Below, piece by piece: positions 51,624-64,000 of a stretch of 64,000 nucleotides of DNA. The number at the start of each line of letters is the position of its first letter. Within the stretch, counting starts at the first letter, position 1. The position numbers were made by a program, and so were the translations under genes. Source of the DNA: Chrysomallon squamiferum (lineage: Eukaryota; Animalia; Mollusca); the NCBI GenBank assembly GCA_012295275.1, contig CM022671.1, positions 22,878,001 to 22,942,000 of the forward strand, in the 5' to 3' direction. The notes beneath the pieces are model-generated. The model was given only the letters and a program-made list of their open reading frames with translations. It did not search any database and had not been told where the DNA came from.

Positions 51624-53545
51624 CATTACATGTATATCTAACTGAAACATTTGTACCAGTTGTGTTCAGTAAATTTATTACTTTATAAATTGGGATAATT
51701 TACTACTAATGAAATAACTGGTTCATTGTCTGCTGCTATTCATGTGATTTAAATCTTAACGTGTTCAGTCTATCATCCTACACTGTTAAGTTTTAAAATA
51801 ACCTTTATCTTGAGCCTGCTTGTGCAGCATATGGGACCAGTGTAATTAAATATTTAAACAGAATAGTTTTGACTTGGTTGGAAACCATATTAATATTTAA
51901 TATTTTGAACTGACTCGACCATGGAGTGGTAATATTGTTAAATCCATGTGAATGTTTATCTGAATTGTTCAGAGAACACCATCATGACAATAAAATAAAA
52001 AAATAAAAATTTCACCCCAATATCATTAATGGGAATATAGTTTTTAAAAAATAAATAACATTATTTTAGTTTTAAATTAATATATTTTCTTATTTTTATT
52101 TATGGCACCTGTAAAATATAGATAATTAATTGGGTAGTCCTGATTGATGGTTTCATTTGGATTGACATAAATTCGTGCTTATAATTTAAAAAAAATGAGA
52201 ACAGTCATTAAACATTGGTTAACTGATGAGAAAAAATAATTATAAGTATTAAATTCTTAATACTATGAATGATGTAGAAGTATATTGTATCTGATAATAA
52301 AATAATACTGTTAACTGAAGATTATGCATAACTGGTAAATTATGAATTGTTTAAAATATCATAACATAAATAAAAATGTTCTGTGATTTATTATTTGTAT
52401 TCTTTAAAAGGTACATCTTTTGCATGCATGAAAAAGAAATGTTAATGAAATAAACCACATTCTGAAGAATGAACTGTTGTTTTTATTTTTGTGTTGTTTA
52501 ACTTTTATGTTTATTTAATCAGAAATAACTAAAAATATTAATAAACCAAAATCAAGATTACATATATTTTAATTTTCACATCATAAGAAATTAACTGAAA
52601 TACCTGCAGTAACAGTTGGAAAATGTTAGTTCATATGAATATTTTTCAGTTTCGATTTTACATAAGGCATTTTTTTTTTTTTCTGTTATATGATATAAAT
52701 GTCAGTATTCTTATATTTGTCTATATTTTTGTGTGTTTTAATTGTACAATGCAAGATAAAAGAATAAGATAAATAAAAAAAATATCTTACAACTAGAGGT
52801 ACATATAAAAGTAATTAAAAATATACAAATTAATGCAAGGAATTAGAACACGTCTCAATGTTCACTAGAACAAAATTATTTTGTTTGTTATCAGAAAGAA
52901 TTATTTAATAATTTAAATAGTTATTTGAAGCAGTCTCAAATGATAAAATTCAAATTAATGGAGTTGTTTTAATCTAAAGCATCAATTTTATCTCTCATTA
53001 ATATGCACAAATGTTTTTAATAATCATCAATTGATGATTTAAACTATTATATCCAGCTGATTGGCTACCACCAAGTTATCAAAGAAATGATTGTGTGAAA
53101 ATCTTCATCAATCTTTACACAACCTATTACAGTGGCCAGATATATTGGTCTACACTGTGATTCAGAGGATGTCTGAATCATTTTGAGCTGATAATTAAAT
53201 TTTTGTATAAAAATCTTTAATCATTATGTTGATGAAATAAACAGTTCTGTCTAGTTGACTGGCTTCCCACCAAGTTATCAAAGAAGAGATTGTGTGAACC
53301 TTCCCAGATCCTTTGCATTACACATCAAACTGGCCACTTTTGTGATATCTTGTTTGTGCTGATGTCCATATTTGCATGTAAATGTCTAATGAGTGAATGT
53401 CTAGTATGTGTTATGAGATTTTGTTTTATCCGTTTGTTCTCAAAGTCCATTATTTGATGACAAATGCAGTGTTAGTTCCATGAACTTGGAAGTTAATCTG
53501 TTGGCAGCCATGATTTGTTGGTTTTGATGAAGATGAGACAACTCA

Positions 53546-56978
<3,433 letters not shown>

Positions 56979-57049
56979 GTCAGCTAAAAATTAATCGATT
57001 ATGAGTTATTATTTTTTTGAAATTTCTTTTAACATTGTTATGATTGTAT

Positions 57050-57135
57050 TTCCTATTTGGCGCCATTGTTTACATTGTTTATTAATTTTTACTGTCTTAA
57101 AAAGTAAAGAATATCAAAGGGAGATAACGCTGCAT
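57050..57135 (-). promoter_or_regulatory. RAD1 proximal promoter with overlapping E2F and YY1-like sites
   Basis: TTTGGCGC (57056-57063, E2F consensus TTTSSCGC) overlaps a minus-strand ACAATGGCG (YY1-like) ~80 bp upstream of the ATG. AAGGGAGATAACGCT follows at 57117-57131. Confidence 0.5.
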
Positions 57136-58248
57136 TACACACATTATTCTGAACTAAAAGTAGATTATCATTATATTATTTAAATTACACCCCTCCAGAT
57201 AACTTGTTAAAAATACTGAACTTACTAAAAGTAATTTATTAAATATTTTGAAATCTAAATGATTAAATGATATTGTAGGAATAACCAGTGGTTGCAACTG
57301 CTTAACATTTAGAGATATAGATCTATTCATAGATGTTTATGCAATCTAGCTGTCATTTGTACGTAGGCCTACACAGACGCGCACACATACTGTCAGAAGT
57401 ACAAAAATAGATACTGAAATAAATGCATTTGAAAAAACCATCGAATTTTATTTAATTTATTAATTGCCTTGATTTCTCTTACAAACTCTCAGTGATTTAA
57501 TCTTTACACAGTTTCGCTATATTCTTTTTTTTCTTCTTTTTTTTTAAAAGACAAAAAAAGGGTAAATTAAACTATTAATTTTAACATGAACTATTAGAGA
57601 GAACATACGTCTTGACCACAGACATCCGAGTAAAAACTGTTGAGATTTGTTTATCAACACACCGAAACACAATTAAATGTTTGAACGACGTTTTCCTATT
57701 ATTGTTTCATTATTTTATTTTATTTTTATTTTTTATTATTTTTTCCTTTATTATTTTAAAATTCCTTAAAGGATTAATATTAGTGCGGATTGCCGAGTAA
57801 CAACGACAAGATATACATAAAAGTAATGGAATTATCTAAAATCGTCATCGGTGGTCCTTCAGATTTACAAGTGGTATAAAAGAAAGCTTTTTCTAAACTC
57901 TGAAGATGTATAATTATGTGGGTTTAATCAGTACGTTTTTCTTTTTTAAGAACAAGGGGGAAAATATTTTAATCCTCGTAATTATTTTTGGTAAAATCAC
58001 AATGGAAATTTGACGTAAGTCCATTTTGTTAGCAAATTATTAAAAATTAAATTACACATCCGAAGCATATTTAAATTATTTACATTCTGTAGTAAGGCTC
58101 AAGCACGTATGGCGTGACAACAAACCCGTAATTTTCTGGAGTCTTGTCAAACTTTGGTAGTTTTAACACTGTGGAAAATATGATAAAGGCAAATAATAAT
58201 AATAATAATAATAAAAAAAATAATAATAATAATAACAAAAGTTAATAA

Positions 58249-58310
<62 letters not shown>

Positions 58311-58659
58311 CAATAAAATAAAATAGAAAATAAATAAATAGAATAAAAAATATGAACATTATATCAAAACAAATGTCACACAGGGACATTTTGATTTCAG
58401 AACTGAAAGATATAAAGTGAATCTCCTAACCAGTTCGGGACTTTGACGTTTTGAGGCTCCAAATTTAGAAGCTGTTGAGGACCCTTTGGTAATTCTTAAT
58501 TGTTGATATGTAATAGTAAGTGAAACTGCTAGTGGCCACTAAATACCGAGATCCAAAGATATAGATGTTTAATCTATGTAGAAATCCGAATGCATGAAGG
58601 TAGGCCTACTCTCAGGGAACCACAATCCTATCCTTCGATCGTTATTCATACAAACATTG

Positions 58660-58662
<3 letters not shown>

Positions 58663-58734
<72 letters not shown>
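58663..58734. repeat. (CT)n microsatellite
   Basis: Read directly from the sequence. Confidence 0.95.
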
Positions 58735-58737
<3 letters not shown>

Positions 58738-59358
58738 TCTCTAACAGTACGTCCGTTTATTATAGAAAACACTCATAAAATGACTGTTAAAAATAAAAGC
58801 AAGACAAGAACAGAATAAACATAAAATGTTAATATTTTATTTCACGAAATAAAGAAGAAACTGATATTTATATATGCCCACATTGTTTTTACATGATACC
58901 AAAAAGAACAATAGCTTCTAAATAATATGAAAAATCAGAAATACAATGATGTATATGTAACACATTTTGTAACTGAAATTTTATTTTTATTTTTTGAAAA
59001 ACGTGTAGTAATGTTGGAGCTACCATTAACGGGCGCTTCAGTGAATGAACCGCCACTTCTGTTATTAAAGTTGATTTATGATGATGAGAAAAGTATTGAC
59101 TGTTAGTATATATATATTATTAATTTACTTAAATATATATATATATATAATTTAAATAAAGTATGAAAAAATAATTTAGTGGCAATTTATCATTAAAATG
59201 TTTTTATCTCATTTATCTTTACTTTTATCTATATCTATATCTGTATGTGAATGTATGTATGTATGTATGTATGTATGTATGTATAATCTGAATGTGAATA
59301 TAGTCCAGTGACTATCGCTAAAATGTGTTCATCTCTCTACTTTGTACTTACATATGTA

Positions 59359-59393
<35 letters not shown>

Positions 59394-60802
59394 CGTGTGT
59401 GTGTGTGTGTAAAGACAATTTAGTGGCATTTTCCTTCTCTGCATTTACAAAACAGTGAAATTTGTTATTAATTATAATCAAAAAACTATGTAGCAGTCCC
59501 GACAACGATGTTGAATGCTGCGGGAAATTGCAGAGATTAGAAGGCGACTTTAGTTGAAGTGGAATATGGATTAATTACAAATATTCGACGAAAGCAGTGG
59601 AACAGTGTAATTCTGTAATTAATAACAGTTTCAAAAAAGCACCGATGCACTTACTGAAACGCTCGTTAATGCATGTACCACGGAAGAAAACAACCAAGAA
59701 CGGTGAATGAAAACCGGAATGAGCGGAAAGACAGAATGGTTTCCTAATTGGAGCAAATACACCGTTCTCGGAGGTTGGCCATTAATGTGCACGAATATTA
59801 TGGATATTTAAAGCTGTAATTTGCGCTTGGCCGATTTTTACTTTATTAAGTTAATTTCTGCGTTAATGAGAACAATAACAAAATATGAAAATAATGACTA
59901 AAACAGATATAATGTATAAAGAAGCAGGTTAACATCGAATCCGGAGTATGAACATTTATGACAATAACACTGCAAACATACACACGTTGTTTGGATATAA
60001 CAAACACCATGCACAAGAAGGATATATGTACATGAACAGCATTACATGGGAACATATTTGTAAGAATCATGGAGCGGCAGAATCAAGTTACAAAATACAT
60101 AATAAAAATAAATATCTGGCATTTTACTACATTGTGGTTGAAGAAATAATCAGAATAACTTTTGTCATCATATCGCAAAGAATCACGTTTCTGGCAGTAT
60201 CTTTGCGAGAAGTTCTTGTCATTTCCCACTTCTAAATGCTTATTTTTTATTTCCCCCCAAAATAACCTTTGCTGGTTGACAAATAATAATAACTCAATTA
60301 TTCTAATGAATTAAAGTATATTTATAAAACAATGCAAAATCAGATTCGAAAAATGAAATTGAAAGAGGAAAATAATAATAATAATATTTTTTTAATAAAA
60401 GAAATTGTAGACAGCACTCATTTCTGCGATGTTCATTTCAAATACACATGGATTTCAGTTCTCAGTGAACAGACATTAACTTCTTTCAAAGATGCACCAA
60501 CGGCTGCTGAAAAAATAAATGTAAAACCAAGATGAAAGCATTTTGATTGAAAATCATTTCAAGTAAAACACTCATCATACAATTTTCAAAATTGAACAGT
60601 AACTGAAGACTAGAATGCAACATTTAATTTAAGGCTTCTTGTGTATGGATTGAGGACCAAAAACGTAAGAGGGACGAAACCCTTAATTGTTACAAAACGA
60701 TGTGTCGGATCACCCATTTTCGATAAGACATTTTTTATATGCAGCTTCCATCAGTCAGGAAAGCATACAAGTATCTTTTAAATTTAGTTTTCTCTTGAAC
60801 AC

Positions 60803-60881
60803 ATTCATTTGTTCTTAAATCCTGGATCTATTCTTGATACAGATTCATTTGTTCTTAAATCCTGGAACCATTCTTGATACA
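60803..60881. repeat. 40-bp tandem duplication (2 copies)
   Basis: ATTCATTTGTTCTTAAATCCTGGA(TCT/ACC)ATTCTTGATACA at 60803 and 60843. Confidence 0.9.
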
Positions 60882-61090
60882 ATAATTATATTCGACAACA
60901 TATATTTGAAATAAAAGGTTCACTTTTTATACTTTTTGTTTGTTTGTTCGTCTGCATATCCTTTCATTCCTTCCTTTTATTTCCATTCTTTTCATTTCAT
61001 TTTATTTATTTTTTTTAAATTAATTTCTGAATTAAACAATTTGATATGTTACCTGTTCAGTATTTTCTATTGTTTTTAACCTGTTGCCGT

Positions 61091-61777
61091 TCAGTTTAAT
61101 GCTTCCAAAAATGAAGACTGCTGTGGATCCTCGTTGACTGATTTCTTCGGTCGTTTTACTCCGAATAAAGGCCCGCTCTTGTGTCCCTGCGGCCACATCC
61201 AGCTGTCAGGTTGCGTGTACCAAGCTGGCAGTTTGTTCTTGCTGGCCTTGGGGGAACTTGCAATGGGCGCCATGTTGACTTTCGTGTCAACGCCAGGGGA
61301 AATAACTAGCGGTGAAAAGTTGTATTTCCCTTTTGGGACTGGATTTATAGAGGTTGGATTTATTCCGTGTTTTCCACTGTCTAAATTTAAAATAAAAAAA
61401 AAAAAAACAAAATTACAACGTCTGCGAAAGAAAACAATTTTTAATAAAATAATATTTATTGATTCTTGAGTACAATAAGAAATCTCGATTTATATTTATA
61501 GGACTGATAGATCCATTTGAATAGAGAATGGTCAGCTTAAATTTGCTTTTTGTTAAAAAAGTCCGCGACAAGTAGAATAACGTGTTTATAAAGGTTCGTG
61601 GTTAAAAAGTGAATGATTAATACTTACAGCTAGAGAGATTATCGAAGTCATATCGATGGAATAATGGTAAAGCATGTCTATAATTGATCATATTGGAATA
61701 CAGTGGAAATGGAGGATGATTCATTGATAAAGGCATTGTCATTCCAGGTGGTAAAGGATTCACACTTCTCTTCTGTC
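61091..61777 (-). CDS. Last two coding exons of an unrecognised Pro-rich protein gene (5' part not identified)
   Basis: Exon 61777-61628 (AG acceptor, GTAAGT donor) splices in phase to 61380-61091, which follows a poly-T/AG acceptor. Reads QKRSVNPLPPGMTMPLSMNHPPFPLYSN...DNLSSYSGKHGINPTSINPVPKGKYNFSPLVISPG...WMWPQGHKSGPLFGVKRPKKSVNEDPQQSSFLEALN*. GC is raised relative to the flanks. Confidence 0.65.
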
Positions 61778-64000
61778 CTACAAATATTAAATATTAAAAA
61801 TTAAAATTAACATACAAATTTAAAATTAAATATTTTATGACTTACAGGTATACCTATATACATTATGAATTTGTTATAACACACGGTAAGTATGTTTAGC
61901 GTTTTATTATAACTGTGAAATAAGTAATAGGAATAGGTTAGGTTTTGTTTTGCTGTGTTGATTCCATTTTCCTCTTCATCGTCGTCGTCATCATCATCAT
62001 CATATTCTTCTTCTTCTTCTTCTTCTTCTTATCCTTCTTAACAACAAATGAATTAGCTCATTCATTTACAGTTATTTTTAATTATATTTCTTTCTTTCAA
62101 AAGATGTAATATATGGTTAGCAGCAACAACTGAACCACAATGATAGGTGCAAAGTGCACGGCTTTTATACTTTTACTAGTGAAATCGTACCTTAATCATA
62201 ACAGAGTACAATATACCTTATTTTGAAAAAAAAAAAAAAAAAAATATTCACGAAAAATCGTGTTAATCAGAACAGTAATGGCTTTTGTTGGCGTCCCTAA
62301 ACACTTTACAACAACGTCAAAATGGATCGTTGAAAATTCGTGATACTGATCTTGTCATTGTCAGGTTAACGCCCTCTCGTCTGTCTGGGACAGCAGACGT
62401 CGCGACATGATTGTCGTGTCTGCAGAAGTTGTTACACAACCAGTCTATTTCTGGAAACGTGTTTCTTTATTAGTAACATATTGTTAACCAGTCTGCCTTG
62501 AGATAGAAGACTCTGGGATCGAAAATCGTCAGCTGAGATATTTATGGTAACAATTCTCTGTAAATAACCCTCCACACATACTAAAATAAATGTCAACGAT
62601 GTGTTATAAAAGGATATATTTTGTTTACAAAAATGCTTTGAAATTTCTCTTCTATTTATTTATTTATTTTTTTTTTAAATTCGATATCTTAATTTCGATT
62701 CAGGTTCTGAAAGCAAATCACATATATATGTAATAGAAATATGTTCCATTTTGTTCTGTGATCGAACCTTCCTAACCCATATATTTACGACAAACATCAA
62801 ATGGAGTTATGGGTCAAATAGAAGCCTAAACTGTTTAATACAATTACTAAAAGTAATTAGATTTTCATCACAGTTAGATTTGGTTAGATTACGTTCAAGG
62901 TCAAAATATATAAATCGATTTCCAAAATTGTTTTAAATATGTTTCTTAAACTAAAAATCTAAAATCTATTTCTCTTGAAGCTGTCGATGATTCCATCATT
63001 AAACGAATATACTTTACTTTTTTTCTTCTTTTTTTAAAAAATTGTTTTGTGTACCGTTAACGTGACCTCAGGAAATTGTTTTATATATATCAGTATTTCT
63101 GTAATTGTATTCTGAAAGTCTCTTTGAATCATCAGGAAGCGGATTTGTTATTTATTTTCCTTTCCTTTGAAACGCAATCTGATCTTCACCCTTTTTTTTT
63201 TTTTTTAAATCAGAAACTATCGTGATGAGCATCTCGTCGTCGTAATTAACTCTGACATACGTTAACAGAAGCGGACAGCTCGCTACATTGAAACACCTTC
63301 AAAAACACACGCCTCGCAGACAGACCGCAGCTACACGTCGTGTGGGTCAAAGCTAAGGTCATTAACTGAAAGAACATGGTTGTGATGTCAGGAAATGGAC
63401 GTTGAATGGACACCTCTAGGCGCTGGAGTAGCCACTGACCTGACGGGACCAGTTACGTTAGGCAACTAATTGATAGATCTGTACACCAACTGCAAGGACA
63501 TCATCACCCGCCCTCCATTAATCACTTTAATTATGATCGTCACGATCATTTAAAATTACACCAGGCGTGCGGTAACTCGCTGCCTCAACCCACACCTATT
63601 TCCCTTATCACTCTACTGTCAGCTGAATTCATTATGTTCTACAAGGTAACAGAGTCACGCATCCTCTCCATGCCTTCAGGAAAGGTTGTAAAACATAATA
63701 CTTATATTACTTGTAGGGGAATAAAAATATATTGCTTATTTGATTTTGCTTCTTAAATATAGGATATACAAATAATATTGATAGCCATACCGGAACTTAG
63801 AATAACAATTAAATAAAAGATCTAACTGTGATTGTTAATAGATATTTTATGAACTAATGAAGAAGAAGAAAAAGTATGTCATATTTTTATAAGTATTCTA
63901 AATTGGTTTAACTGCATTAATCTGAAACTATTATAATTGTTTATTTTTAAAGTCATTTTTAATGCTGTCATTATTAAAAAAACATATATATATATTTCTG

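Noticed and set aside
61134-61469. Plus-strand 111-aa ORF
   Set aside because: Splice signals and phase continuity support the minus strand instead.
61846-61853. 8-nt microexon (TAG|GTATACCT|GTAAGT, minus strand) upstream of the unrecognised gene
   Set aside because: Splicing it to 61777 creates TGA in frame. It would need an alternative acceptor and cannot be supported without RNA data.

Overview
AT-rich, microsatellite-dense animal genomic DNA. The repeat style and gene sequences look lophotrochozoan or molluscan, but the taxon is an inference. The central 11-57 kb is a compact block of five intact multi-exon genes whose exons I assembled by hand with phase-consistent GT-AG junctions: TXNDC17 (-), TADA2A (+, head-to-head with TXNDC17), THOC6 (+), BRIP1/FANCJ (+) and RAD1 of the 9-1-1 clamp (-, tail-to-tail with BRIP1). 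The last two exons of an unrecognised Pro-rich gene lie on the minus strand at 61-62 kb. Two near-identical ~2.8 kb non-autonomous Sola2-like DNA transposons sit in introns of TXNDC17 and THOC6 and bracket TADA2A; they have ~620 bp TIRs, different 4-bp TSDs and a deleted transposase. The most notable observations are (1) FANCJ ending in an extra CxxC...CxxC Yippee/Mis18-like domain, (2) a DEGH Walker B, (3) duplicated decoy splice acceptors in FANCJ, (4) a template-switch scar that extended the transposon TIR into transposase sequence, and (5) CpG decay consistent with gene-body methylation. I found no prokaryotic-type system such as CRISPR, and no coding gene in 1-11 kb.
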